Below are positions 49,517 to 64,000 of a DNA stretch of 64,000 nucleotides, piece after piece (the first letter of the stretch is position 1; every line of letters starts with the position of its first letter). The notes under the pieces were generated by a model. The model was not told the origin of the DNA. It made no database searches and saw only the letters and a list, made by a program, of their open reading frames with translations. Source of the stretch: Escherichia coli (GTDB lineage: Bacteria > Pseudomonadota > Gammaproteobacteria > Enterobacterales > Enterobacteriaceae); the NCBI RefSeq assembly GCF_003019035.1, contig NZ_CP027447.1. One strand, given 5' to 3'. The position numbers and the translations under genes were made by a program.

Positions 49517-51228
49517 AGGCTATCCTTCGCGTCGGGAGTAAAGGTTACGGCTGGGTCGTGACGATGCCGCCAGCTGTCAAAAATCAGGTAGACAATCACT
49601 ACGGCAGCGATGAAATAACTGATCATCGCTAACCAGCGCGTACCGTAGCCGCCGAATTCAGCCAGCCCGGCATAGACGCCAATCATAGCGAACAGGATGC
49701 CAATTGACGCGATCTTGACGTTTTTCCACGGTTTCATGTCCACCGCAAACGCATCTTTGAAGGTGAACGGCGTGGCGCGCGGTTTGATAAAACCGATCAC
49801 CAGCATCACGACCACGTTGATGCAGAACGTACAGGCCAGCACATAGAGGAAATGGAAGTCGAACTTCACCAGATAGTTGATGGTGATGTAGCTGATTATG
49901 CCAATCCCCATCGCCACTTTTGCCGCCAGCGCTGGAATGCGCGGGAAGAAAAAGCCCATAATGATGATGGTAACCAGCGGCACGTTGTAAATGCCGTTGA
50001 GCTGTTTCATCCAGCTATACAGCCCCTGCGGCGCGTTGGCGATCCACGGCGCTACCAGCACCGAAACGATGGCGATAAAGAAACCAAATTTGCGCCCGAC
50101 GGTGACCAGCTGCTGCGGCTCGGCATTCTGGTTAATGATGCGACGGTAAATACCCATACTGAATAACGTACTGGCGCTATTCAGAAAGCCGTTGAAGGTA
50201 CTGATCACCGCACCAAATAACACCGCGCCGAAGAAACCCACCAGTGGCACTGGCAGAACGTTATTGACCAGCGTCGGGTAGGCCATGTCGGCTTTCGGTA
50301 GATCCTGATACAGATGAAACGCAATCAACCCTGGCAGCACCAGTACCAGCGGGTCGAGCATTTTCAGCACCGCCGTTAACAGCGCCCCCTTTTGCCCTTC
50401 CGCCAGGCTTTTTGACGCCAGCGTGCGTTGCACGATGCCCTGATTTGTACACCAGTAAAAGGTGTTCACCAGAATCAAACCGGTAAATGCCGCGCCAATC
50501 GGCAAGGGATCGGTCGGGCCACCGACTGAGTTTAATTTCTCGGCGTGAACGGTGGTGAGTTGCTCAATGCCCTGCATAAAGCTGCCCTTGCCCATCGCGA
50601 TCAGGCCAAATATCGGCACCATCAACCCGCCAATAACCAGCCCAATACCGTTGATGGAGTCCGCCACTGCCATTGCGCGCAGTCCGCCGATCACCGCATA
50701 CAAAATTCCCGCCAGACCAAGCAAAATTACCAATAGCCAGATAGCCGCACCGTGAGAAATCTGTAGCGATTCCCCGACGTGAAACAGGCTGTTGAGCGCC
50801 AACGCGCCGGAGTAGAGAACAATCGGCAGAAAGCAGACGCCGGTGGCAATGAGGAAGCAGAAGTCGATGATAATACGCGTCGTTTTATCATAACGTTCCT
50901 CCAGAAAATCGGGGATGGTGGCAATGCCGCGCTTCAGATAGCGCGGTAAAAAGATTAGCGCGAGGAAGATCAGCGTCACTGCAGAGGTGACTTCCCAGCC
51001 CATCACCGACATGCCGCTTTTGTAGGCCTGCCCGGAAAGGCCGACCAGTTGTTCCGTGGAAAGGTTGGTTAGCATTAACGAAGCGGCAATAACCGGCGCT
51101 TTTAGTGAACGTCCGGCAAGAAAATAGCCTTGTTGCGATCCGGTATCTGTTTTACGGACCTTCCACCAGGTGATGATCGCCACCAGCAGCGTAAAACCGA
51201 CAAAACTCAAGATTTGTAACGAATTCAT
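49513..51228 (-). CDS. yidK: Sodium:solute symporter (SSS family)
   Basis: 571 aa, about 13-14 TM segments; overlaps the yidJ start. Confidence 0.8.
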   Translation of the reverse strand: MNSLQILSFVGFTLLVAIITWWKVRKTDTGSQQGYFLAGRSLKAPVIAASLMLTNLSTEQLVGLSGQAYKSGMSVMGWEVTSAVTLIFLALIFLPRYLKRGIATIPDFLEERYDKTTRIIIDFCFLIATGVCFLPIVLYSGALALNSLFHVGESLQISHGAAIWLLVILLGLAGILYAVIGGLRAMAVADSINGIGLVIGGLMVPIFGLIAMGKGSFMQGIEQLTTVHAEKLNSVGGPTDPLPIGAAFTGLILVNTFYWCTNQGIVQRTLASKSLAEGQKGALLTAVLKMLDPLVLVLPGLIAFHLYQDLPKADMAYPTLVNNVLPVPLVGFFGAVLFGAVISTFNGFLNSASTLFSMGIYRRIINQNAEPQQLVTVGRKFGFFIAIVSVLVAPWIANAPQGLYSWMKQLNGIYNVPLVTIIIMGFFFPRIPALAAKVAMGIGIISYITINYLVKFDFHFLYVLACTFCINVVVMLVIGFIKPRATPFTFKDAFAVDMKPWKNVKIASIGILFAMIGVYAGLAEFGGYGTRWLAMISYFIAAVVIVYLIFDSWRHRHDPAVTFTPDAKDSL

Positions 51229-51454
51229 CTCATAGCCCTTATTTATGTTTATGTCCCGGACGCATGAATATAGGGAGAGGTAAAATGCGTCGGGTCAGGC
51301 AGTCAGATTCTTAAAATACAAACATCGTATCCCTGAACGGATTGTTTTCTGTTAAGTTCAGGTTGTGAGCATAATTCGCCGGAGGGATATTAAAATGAAT
51401 GGAAAATTGCAAAGTTCGGATGTAAAAAACGAAACTCCGTAAAATATTCCCTTA

Positions 51455-55223
<3,769 letters not shown>

Positions 55224-55518
55224 TTCCACATCCTCTTTTCTCAATTCTGTAAGTAGGAAGCCTGATTGGTTATGCGGCAGGCCTGGAGCGAGGATAGGAA
55301 GATGCGATCGGCAGAACATGACGACCCAATGGGATTCGTGATCGCTTTCATGCTTTTCGTTGGGGGGTAGAGATCTACGTTTTCGCAAAAAAGTAGACAT
55401 CTGTGAGCACTGGTACACAGCAACGAACACATCTTTAAAAAAAAGATGTTTTTTCAATCGATTAAGCAGAACTTGTGGGCGCATTACCCGGGCTTGCAGG
55501 CAAAAAAGAGATCTAGAG

Positions 55519-56235
55519 ATGATCTACAAAAGCATTGCGGAGCGGTTAAGAATTCGACTTAATTCCGCAGATTTCACGCTAAACAGCCTTCTTCCCGGTG
55601 AAAAAAAGCTGGCGGAAGAGTTTGCGGTATCGCGGATGACCATCCGTAAAGCCATTGATCTGCTGGTAGCGTGGGGGCTGGTGGTCCGCCGCCACGGTAG
55701 CGGTACTTACCTGGTGCGCAAAGATGTATTGCATCAAACCGCCAGCCTGACCGGGCTGGTGGAGGTGTTAAAACACCAGGGAAAAACGGTCACCAGCCAG
55801 GTGCTGATTTTTGAAATCATGCCTGCGCCTCCGGCCATTGCCAGCCAGTTACGGATTCAAATCAACGAGCAGATCTACTTCTCCCGTCGCGTTCGTTTTG
55901 TGGAAGGGAAACCGCTGATGCTGGAAGACAGCTATATGCCGGTAAAACTGTTCCGTAACCTTTCGCTGCAACATCTGGAAGGGTCGAAGTTTGAATATAT
56001 TGAACAAGAGTGCGGGATTCTGATTGGCGGTAATTATGAAAGCCTGACGCCGGTGCTCGCCGATAGACTGCTGGCGCGGCAAATGAAGGTAGCGGAACAC
56101 ACGCCACTGCTGCGGATCACCTCGTTGTCATATAGCGAGAGCGGGGAGTTTTTGAATTATTCAGTAATGTTCAGAAATGCCAACGAATACCAGGTGGAGT
56201 ACCATTTACGGCGACTCCACCCGGAAAAGAGTTAA
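55519..56235 (+). CDS. yidP: GntR-family transcriptional regulator
   Basis: ORF 55360..56235; probable start [10 protein letters not shown]... (238 aa); N-terminal GntR-type HTH ([19 protein letters not shown]). Confidence 0.75.
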   Translation: MIYKSIAERLRIRLNSADFTLNSLLPGEKKLAEEFAVSRMTIRKAIDLLVAWGLVVRRHGSGTYLVRKDVLHQTASLTGLVEVLKHQGKTVTSQVLIFEIMPAPPAIASQLRIQINEQIYFSRRVRFVEGKPLMLEDSYMPVKLFRNLSLQHLEGSKFEYIEQECGILIGGNYESLTPVLADRLLARQMKVAEHTPLLRITSLSYSESGEFLNYSVMFRNANEYQVEYHLRRLHPEKS

Positions 56236-57893
56236 CCGATACTCCAGAAGAGCACCGCCAGTAATTGGGGGGTGATAATACGCAGGAACATCACCAACGG
56301 ATAGACAGTGGCGTAAGAAAGCGCCGCCGCACCGCTGGTTGGATGAAGATTATTAGCAAACGCCAGCGCCGGAGGATCGGTCATGGAGCCAGCCAGCATC
56401 CCGCACATGGTCAGGTAATTCATTTTGGCTAACATCCGCGCCAGAATACCAACAGTAATCAGCGGAACGGCGGTGATCAGCGCACCATAACCAATCCAGC
56501 TTAGCCCTTCGCCATTGACCAGGGTATTTACAAAATCCCCACCAGATTTCAGCCCCACTACCGAGAGGAACAGTACGATCCCCAGCTCCCGCAGCGCGAG
56601 GTTGGCACTTGGCGGCATAAACCAGTACAGCTTGCCGATACTGCCGATACGCCCGAGGATCAACGCCATAATCAGCGGACCGCCCGCCAGCCCCAGTTTC
56701 AACGCGGCCGGGAATCCCGGCACAAAGACGGGAATAGAACCTAACAATACGCCAAGCCCGATACCAATAAACACCGGCAACATCTGAACCTGTTGCAGTT
56801 TTTGCTGCGCATTCCCCAGCACATTGGCAACGGCATCAATTGCGGACGGACGCCCCACCAGGTTGAGGATATCGCCGAACTGCAGGCTGATATCGCCACT
56901 GGCGACCAGTTCGACCCCGGCACGGTTCAGGCGCGAGATAACAACGTCATAGCGTTCTTTAAAGTGCAGGTCGCGAATACGCTTACCAAGCACGTTTTCA
57001 TTGGTGACCACCACACGCTCGACGCGCAAATCAGTACCTTTCGTGGACAACGAGGTATCGACCTCCTGACCAATCACCAGTTGCGCATTATGTAAATCCA
57101 CTGGCTGCCCCACCAGATGCAGCAAATCGCCCAGTTGGATAATGGTATCTGGCGAAGGTACTTTTAGGGTTTCTTCGCGTTTCAGACGCGAGCAGATAAT
57201 TTTGTCGCCGTTGAGAATCGGTACATCTTTAATGGCTAAGTCATGCAGGTTAGGGTTCTCAACGCGAATATTGATAGTCCTGATCAGCGCGCCGCCATTA
57301 GTGCGAGAAGACTCGTGCTGCTGGGCTTCTGTCTCGACATTGACGCGGAACATAACCCGCAACATCCACATGGTGAACAAAATCCCGCAAATACCGAATG
57401 GATACGCCATCGCGTAACTCATCCCCATCTGATCGACCATTTCCATTGGTGTACCCAGGTCGCGCAAGATCTGCTGCCCTGCCCCCAGCGCTGGCGTATT
57501 GGTTACCGCACCGGAGAAAATCCCCAGCACTACCGGCAGTGGAATATCAAACAGTTTATGCAGGATGGCGGTAACCAGACCCCCGATGATGACAATCAGA
57601 ACAGCAAACAGGTTGAGGCGTAATCCGGAGACGCGCAATGAGGCAAAGAAGCCCGGCCCTACCTGAATCCCGATGGTATAAACGAACAGGATCAGGCCAA
57701 ATTCCTGAATAACATGCAGCATATCGCTACTTAATGTCATCCCCGCCTGAGAAACAAAATGGCCGACGATGATCCCACCAAACAGCACGCCGCCAATACC
57801 TAATCCTATGCCGCGAAATTTGACGTTGCCGATAAACAAACCGACGACTGCCACCAAAGCCAGAATACTGACCGTTAATGCTATATCACTCAT
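56232..57893 (-). CDS. yidE: Putative transporter with duplicated membrane domains and two RCK_C/TrkA-C domains
   Basis: ORF 56232..57917; probable start [17 protein letters not shown]... (about 553 aa). Confidence 0.75.
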   Translation of the reverse strand: MSDIALTVSILALVAVVGLFIGNVKFRGIGLGIGGVLFGGIIVGHFVSQAGMTLSSDMLHVIQEFGLILFVYTIGIQVGPGFFASLRVSGLRLNLFAVLIVIIGGLVTAILHKLFDIPLPVVLGIFSGAVTNTPALGAGQQILRDLGTPMEMVDQMGMSYAMAYPFGICGILFTMWMLRVMFRVNVETEAQQHESSRTNGGALIRTINIRVENPNLHDLAIKDVPILNGDKIICSRLKREETLKVPSPDTIIQLGDLLHLVGQPVDLHNAQLVIGQEVDTSLSTKGTDLRVERVVVTNENVLGKRIRDLHFKERYDVVISRLNRAGVELVASGDISLQFGDILNLVGRPSAIDAVANVLGNAQQKLQQVQMLPVFIGIGLGVLLGSIPVFVPGFPAALKLGLAGGPLIMALILGRIGSIGKLYWFMPPSANLALRELGIVLFLSVVGLKSGGDFVNTLVNGEGLSWIGYGALITAVPLITVGILARMLAKMNYLTMCGMLAGSMTDPPALAFANNLHPTSGAAALSYATVYPLVMFLRIITPQLLAVLFWSIG

Positions 57894-58043
57894 CGTCCAT
57901 TTCTCTTGAGATAACATTTTAATTGCTACGGATTATGGCTGAATCGGTGAAGCAGATTTGCCTTATAGCGCACATTATCACGGGAAAGAACGTGCCGAAA
58001 TATCTTAAACAGGCGAAATTTAACGCATTGTTGAAGAAGAAAG

Positions 58044-58073
58044 ACAAAAAAAGCCCCACCAGAATGGCGGGGC
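58044..58073 (-). terminator. Intrinsic terminator after ibpB
   Basis: GCCCCACC-agaa-TGGCGGGGC hairpin followed on the minus strand by a T-run (plus-strand A8). Confidence 0.5.
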
Positions 58074-58088
58074 AAAGAGAATAGCTAG

Positions 58089-58517
58089 TTAGCTATTTAA
58101 CGCGGGACGTTCGCTGATAGCGATACGCTGCGCTGCGATGGGTTCAGGCTCATTACGAATTAAATCAATATGCAGTAAACCGTTTACGAAGGTTGCACCA
58201 GAGACTTCCATATTTTCAGCCAGCGTAAAGCTCAGGCTAAATGGCTGATTCATAAGCCCTTGATGCAGCCATTTTTTCTCTTCTTTTGGCTGCTCCGGCG
58301 TGCCTTTTACGCTCAGGCGCGTACCTTCCAGTTGAATCTCTAAATCTTCCTGACGAAAACCTGCCAGCGCAAGGGTAATGCGGTAGTGGTTATCGTCGCT
58401 TTTTTCAATGTTGTACGGCGGGAAGCTCTGGCTTTCACCGGCGTTTTGCAGTGCGTTGGCCAGTTTGTCAAAACCGATCCATTGACGCATCAGTGGGGAT
58501 AAATCGAAGTTACGCAT
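58089..58517 (-). CDS. ibpB: Small heat-shock protein IbpB (alpha-crystallin family)
   Basis: ORF 58089..58556; start at [19 protein letters not shown]... (142 aa); paralogous to the upstream ibpA. Confidence 0.9.
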
Positions 58518-58628
58518 AGTCATTTCTCCTTCTAAGAAGCGAGTAAGTACCTGCAAATCCGAAGATTCGCATATGCTCCCTGACGGCGAGCATGGAGATG
58601 TCAGGCCGCGCCAGGCGGCCTTAGGGAA

Positions 58629-59042
58629 TTAGTTGATTTCGATACGGCGCGGTTTTTTCGCTTCCGGAATCACGCGTTCAAGATCGATATACAGCAGACC
58701 ATTCACCAGGTTAGCACCACGAACATGAATGTTCTCAGCTAACTGGAATTTGCGTTCAAAGTTGCGTTCAGCGATGCCCTGGTACAGATAGGTGCGCTCT
58801 TTTTGTTCGTCGGCGTGAGCACCTTTCACCACCAGCAGATTATCCTGGGCGGTAATTTCCAGTTCGCTCTCAGCAAAACCAGCCACAGCGATAGCAATGC
58901 GGTAATGGTTTTCGTCTACCAGTTCAACGTTATACGGAGGGTAGCCGCCATTACTCTGGCTCTGGTTGTTTTCTAAGTGGTTAAACAAACGGTCAAATCC
59001 AATAGCAGAACGGTAAAGCGGGGATAAATCAAAGTTACGCAT
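58629..59042 (-). CDS. ibpA: Small heat-shock protein IbpA (alpha-crystallin family)
   Basis: ORF 58629..59048; start at [19 protein letters not shown]... (137 aa). Confidence 0.9.
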
Positions 59043-59142
59043 AATCAATAGCTCCTGAAATCAGCGAGAATGTAAGACCTTCCACAATGGACAGGTCAGG
59101 TAGCCAGAACACCCATCAGGCGCGTCCTCATCGGCTACGATG

Positions 59143-59175
59143 TAAAAATGGGTCTGGAAATGAACTTTTCAAGCC
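59143..59175 (-). promoter_or_regulatory. Sigma-32 (heat-shock) promoter of ibpAB
   Basis: Minus strand: CTTGAAA (plus 59167-59173) about 15 nt upstream of CCCATTTT (plus 59145-59152), close to the sigma-32 consensus CTTGAAA / CCCCATnT. Confidence 0.55.
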
Positions 59176-59347
59176 TTATCAGCGGACTTTTTTTTGCAGT
59201 TTATGGTCTATTGCATAGACTGAGGGGGCAGCACGAAACGTTAAAGTGCGATAGCCGCCACAGTGCGACGTAATGATGATGTTATTTTCAGCAAGGGATC
59301 GCTATAACTCATCAGGCCAACACCCACGATCAACAGATGAATTTATT

Positions 59348-59680
59348 ATGATAAGAAATGTGTTGTTAGCGTTCATGATATGCAGCGGAATGACATTACT
59401 CGGAGGATGCTCCAGCGTGATGTCCCATACCGGGGGGAAAGAAGGAACGTATCCCGGCACCCGCGCCAGCGCCACCATGATTGGCGACGATGAAACCAAC
59501 TGGGGCACTAAGTCGCTGGCGATTCTCGATATGCCGTTTACCGCTGTGATGGACACGCTTTTACTGCCGTGGGATGTGTTCCGCAAAGACAGCTCGGTGC
59601 GCTCACGCGTTGAAAAAAGCGAAGCCAACGCGCAAGCCACCAATGCGGTTATTCCACCGGCCAGAATGCCTGATAACTGA
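59348..59680 (+). CDS. yidQ: Outer-membrane lipoprotein-like small protein
   Basis: ORF 59273..59680; probable start MIRNVLLAFMICSGMTLLGGCSS (signal peptide plus lipobox LGGC); about 110 aa. Confidence 0.7.
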   Translation: MIRNVLLAFMICSGMTLLGGCSSVMSHTGGKEGTYPGTRASATMIGDDETNWGTKSLAILDMPFTAVMDTLLLPWDVFRKDSSVRSRVEKSEANAQATNAVIPPARMPDN

Positions 59681-59681
59681 T

Positions 59682-60932
59682 TTAGCGATCAGTTTCGGTG
59701 ATCCACAGCTGGCCGCCTTCCATCCACGCCAGCCATTGACCATCCGGCGAGAAGACCACGGCGTCCGCAGAAGGTGGATTGGCGTGGTTTTCGGTTAAAT
59801 ACTCAACCTCGCCGCTTTGCGCATGGGCGCAAGCAATTCGATTATCCAGCACAAAGCCCAACCATTCTCCTGACGGATGCCAGTTAAATGCAGACTGAAT
59901 ATCCGTTTTGTTATGGGTTAACTGGCGCGGCTCGCCGCCCTGTGGCGAGATAAGCCACAGTTGCACAATGCCGTTATCATCACGCATTAAAAACGCGATT
60001 TGCGTACCCTGCGGATTACAGCGCACCCAGTGGCGCGGGACGTTGACTAACCCCGGATAAGCCCGATGGTGGGTAAAGGTTAAACGTCGCTGCACGACGC
60101 CGCGCGGTGGCGCAGGCAGGGTTGTTTCCGTTCCACTTAACGGCGCATCACCTGCCGCTTTCCAGCCAGCTTCATCTTGCGGTAACTCAACGATAAATAG
60201 CTCCGGCACTTTCTCGCCCTTTGCCGAAAGTGTGTCGCCAATAAACGCCAGTGCGTGATTTCCTACCCATCCTTCTTCATAAGCACGATTGATTTCATCA
60301 CTGCCTGGCTGTGGCGTGGGCGTGGTTTTACTTACCAGCACGCACCAGTGGCTACCGCTGTATTCACGCGGATGCTGCTTTTGTACGTTGACCGGGCCAA
60401 ACGGTGCAGCAACACCGACGTTTCGCAAATCCAGCACCGGATCGAGTTCATGCATTACATGGTCATTATAGGTAAAGCTCACCCTTTCACCGTTTGGGCT
60501 AAAAACATGTACATGACTGCCGCCGCGCAGCGCTCCTGGCGTATATGGCGCGGTAATATCCATTGCATCGAGATTGCTCACCTTGCCGCCTTCAACAATC
60601 ACTCCACGCCGATGATGGAAGTCGTAATACCATGTTTCATCAGGATTTTCCGGGCCGTGGATGAAAACATATTTCTCTGATTTCGGATGAACGGTCACCA
60701 CGCCGACGTACGCGCCCTGTGACGCGCGATAGATAACCTCGACCTCGCCGGTATGGATATTCACACGCTCAATGGTCTCGCCGGTAAACGACGCGCCAGA
60801 AGGACGCACGTCAAATACCAGCCACTGGCTGTCGGGCGTCCAGGTATTGGTATTGGTGAGCAGGTGATTACGGGGAGCAAAGGTTATCTGTTTCATGGCG
60901 CGGTCCTGATACAAAACGGGTCCCGCCATCAT
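59682..60932 (-). CDS. yidR: Conserved protein of unknown function (DUF3748-like, beta-propeller-like)
   Basis: 416-aa ORF, soluble, Trp/Gly-rich repeats; position as yidR. Confidence 0.7.
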   Translation of the reverse strand: MMAGPVLYQDRAMKQITFAPRNHLLTNTNTWTPDSQWLVFDVRPSGASFTGETIERVNIHTGEVEVIYRASQGAYVGVVTVHPKSEKYVFIHGPENPDETWYYDFHHRRGVIVEGGKVSNLDAMDITAPYTPGALRGGSHVHVFSPNGERVSFTYNDHVMHELDPVLDLRNVGVAAPFGPVNVQKQHPREYSGSHWCVLVSKTTPTPQPGSDEINRAYEEGWVGNHALAFIGDTLSAKGEKVPELFIVELPQDEAGWKAAGDAPLSGTETTLPAPPRGVVQRRLTFTHHRAYPGLVNVPRHWVRCNPQGTQIAFLMRDDNGIVQLWLISPQGGEPRQLTHNKTDIQSAFNWHPSGEWLGFVLDNRIACAHAQSGEVEYLTENHANPPSADAVVFSPDGQWLAWMEGGQLWITETDR

Positions 60933-60975
60933 ACTTCACAAGGACTTCACTTTCAGACAATAGTCTTTCGCCATC

Positions 60976-62061
60976 GTGATGAATGTGAGTGAAAAGATGG
61001 AACATTTCGACGTGGCGATTATTGGCCTCGGCCCGGCAGGGTCGGCGTTGGCACGAAAGTTAGCAGGCAAAATGCAGGTGATCGCGCTGGATAAAAAGCA
61101 CCAGTGTGGTACTGAAGGTTTCAGCAAACCCTGCGGCGGTCTGCTGGCACCGGACGCGCAGCGATCTTTTATTCGCGATGGACTGACGCTTCCTGTCGAT
61201 GTGATCGCCAATCCACAGATTTTCAGCGTCAAAACTGTCGACGTCGCCGCATCGCTCACGCGTAACTACCAGCGAAGCTATATCAATATTAATCGCCATG
61301 CTTTCGACTTGTGGATGAAATCGCTGATCCCCGCCAGCGTTGAGGTTTACCACGACAGCCTGTGTCGAAAAATCTGGCGTGAGGATGATAAATGGCATGT
61401 CATTTTTCGTGCAGACGGTTGGGAGCAGCATATTTCTGCCCGCTATCTGGTCGGTGCCGATGGTGCCAACTCGATGGTGCGGCGACATCTCTACCCGGAT
61501 CATCAAATTCGTAAATATGTCGCTATCCAGCAGTGGTTCGCAGAGAAACATCCGGTGCCGTTCTACTCCTGCATCTTTGATAATGCGATAACTGACTGTT
61601 ACTCATGGAGTATCAGCAAAGACGGTTATTTTATCTTTGGCGGTGCCTATCCCATGAAAGACGGTCAGACGCGTTTCACGACGCTGAAAGAGAAAATGAA
61701 CGCCTTTCAGTTCCAGTTTGGCAAAGCGGTGAAAAGTGAGAAATGTACCGTGTTGTTTCCCTCACGCTGGCAGGATTTTGTCTGCGGTAAGGACAATGCC
61801 TTTCTGATTGGTGAAGCGGCGGGATTTATCAGCGCCAGCTCGCTGGAGGGGATTAGCTATGCGCTGGATAGCGCAGAGATTCTGCGTTCGGTGTTACTGA
61901 AGCAGCCGGAGAAGATCAACGCCGCCTACTGGCGCGCCACCCGCAAACTGCGTTTAAAGCTCTATGGCAAGATAGTCAAAAGCCGATGCCTGACCGCACC
62001 GGCTTTAAGAAAGTGGATTATGCGCAGTGGTGTGGCGCATATTCCACAGTTGAAAGATTAG
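60976..62061 (+). CDS. cbrA: FAD-dependent oxidoreductase (geranylgeranyl reductase-like)
   Basis: 361 aa; N-terminal dinucleotide-binding motif [16 protein letters not shown]. Confidence 0.75.
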
Positions 62062-63350
62062 CCAACGCGCTTCACATCGCCCACCAGCAGGATGTAAGAG
62101 AGCGCGCCAATCAACGCAACGGCGGAGATATAAACCAGTGCAGGCGCGAAACCGTAACCCTGCGCCAGGTACCCCACCACCAGCGGAACGGTGATGCCGC
62201 CCAGACCACCGGCAAAGTTAAACACGCCGCCGGTTAAACCAATCAGGCGCATCGGTGCCAGAGAAGAGACCAGCGACCAAGTAATCGAAGCAAAACCGTT
62301 GCCGAAGAATGCCAGCGCCATCAGGCACATAATCATCATCGGATCGTTAGTGTAGTTAGCGCCCATAATGCAGGTGGAGATCAGCAAGCCGCAGATAATC
62401 GGCGTTTTACGCGCAAAGCCCAGTGAAAAGCCCTTACGTACCAGCAGATCCGCGACCCAGCCAGAGAGCAGGACGCCGACAAACGCCGCGAGGAACGGCA
62501 CCGTGGTCATAAAGCCTGCTTTCAGCGCCGTGATTCCTTTTTCCTGGGTTAAATAGTTCGGGAACCAGGTTAAGAAAAACCACAGTGTAGAAGCCACCGC
62601 AAATTGCCCAAGATAGACACCGATCAGTTTACGATGGAACACCAGTTTCCAGTCTTTGGCTGTTAACGGCTGACGCGCCTCTTTTTTCACCGGCGCATCG
62701 CCATCCACCAGACCGCCGCCATCACGAATGTAATCCAGTTCAGCTTTGCTGATGCCTTTAGTCAGGCGCGGCGGCTGATAAACCTTAAACCAAATCAGCG
62801 ACCAGATAATGCCGATACCACCGGTGACAATGAACACCCAGTGCCAGCTCAACATTTCCTGAATCCAGATCAGCAGCGGAGTCAGAAACGCCAGACCGAC
62901 AAACTGACCAGACGTATAAAAACCAACGGCGGAAGCGCGTTCATGTTCCGGGAACCAGCTGGTCACCATCCGGTTATTGGTCGGGAAAGCGGGCGCTTCG
63001 AAAATACCGGTTATCGCGCGCAGACCAATTAATGACATTAATCCCGTGGCAAAGCCCTGGAATAACGTCGCCACTGACCAGCCAAATATCGCAATAAAAT
63101 AAGTCACGCGTGAACCTACGCGATCTAAAAACCAACCGCCGGGGATCTGACATAGCGTATAAAGCCAGGCGAAGGCCGAAAATACATAGCCCATTTCCGC
63201 TTTCGTAATACCGAACTCTTCCTGAATATGGGCGGAAGCCACGGCCAGGTTAGCGCGGTCAACATAACAAATGACCACCGTAATAAAGATCATCACCAGC
63301 GTCAGATAACGCCGACGCCCCGGCTTTGCTGCATTAACGGGAATATCCAT
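62058..63350 (-). CDS. dgoT: D-galactonate:H+ symporter (MFS, ACS family)
   Basis: ORF 62058..63395; probable start [22 protein letters not shown]...; 12-TM MFS. Confidence 0.85.
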
Positions 63351-63469
63351 AGCGAGCTTTCTCCAGATTTTGGGCATAGCGAAGCCGCTCACCATGCCCT
63401 GTAATTTACAGAGGGTTATATTTTTGTATTGCTGTTTTAGTGCCCGATGAGGGGCTTACGTGGCAGGAA

Positions 63470-64000
63470 TTACCACTCTGCTACGCTGTTATCTTCATGA
63501 CGCCAGAGCGGATTACGCCAGTCCGGGGCATTTTTACTGAACTCAATAACTTTAGCTTCGTCGATTTCTACGCCTAAGCCCGGTTTCGTTAGCGGTTTAA
63601 AGAAGCCGCCAACCATGCTGAAGTCTTCTTTGTTTTTCACAAAGTCGAGTAACTCCGCGCCTTTGTTGTAATGAATTCCCATACTTTGTTCCTGAAGTAC
63701 GGCGTTATAGGAAACAAAGTCGATATGCAGACAAGCCGCCAGTGCAATCGGTCCGAGCGGACAGTGCGGCGCAAGGGTCACGTCATAGGCTTCTGCCATT
63801 CCGGCAATTTTGTAGCATTCGGTAATACCGCCTGCATGAGAGAGATCTGGTTGCAGAATCGAAATACCGCCCGCCTCCAGCACGCGTTTAAAATCGAAGC
63901 GTGAGAACATGCGTTCACCCGCCGCCAGAGGAATATGTGTTTGTGCCGCCAGTTTCGGGTAGTATTCGGCCTGTTCCGCCAGCACCGGCTCTTCAATAAA
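63470..64000 (-). CDS. dgoD: D-galactonate dehydratase (enolase superfamily), 3' portion only; 5' end beyond window
   Basis: C-terminal 171 aa in frame to the window edge (…[30 protein letters not shown]…[11 protein letters not shown]); no start codon in window. Confidence 0.85.

Overview
This window reads as an Escherichia coli-type chromosomal segment running from yicI/yicJ and tRNA-Sec (selC) through the uhp, ilvBN, emrD, yid, glv and ibpAB genes to dgoT/dgoD, in the core gene order I recall for E. coli K-12. Three stretches look like accessory insertions into that backbone. (1) About 20 kb between yicS and nepI (about 7.4-27.5 kb) is a strongly AT-rich cluster encoding a SPI-1/Shigella-like type III secretion translocon module (a SicA-class chaperone, SipB/SipC/SipD-like translocators and a HilA-like regulator) with no secretion apparatus in the window. 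It is followed by a convergently oriented 4,194-aa intimin/invasin-family inverse autotransporter whose central part is 24 near-identical tandem copies of a 97-aa (291-bp) GC-rich module. This matches what I recall of the eip/eil/air locus of enteroaggregative E. coli, so it is probably not novel as a family. (2) A toxin-first toxin/antitoxin-like pair plus a REP element lies between nepI and yicN. (3) Two tandem, paralogous, AT-rich genes of unknown function (about 483 and 427 aa) lie between uhpA and ilvN, each preceded by the same 18-nt motif; I regard this as the best candidate for an undescribed system. Also supported from the sequence are the ivbL leader and attenuator, the SOS-regulated tisB/istR locus with a perfect LexA box, and a sigma-32-type promoter for ibpA. 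All homology statements come from reading the translations and from recall; no database search was run.
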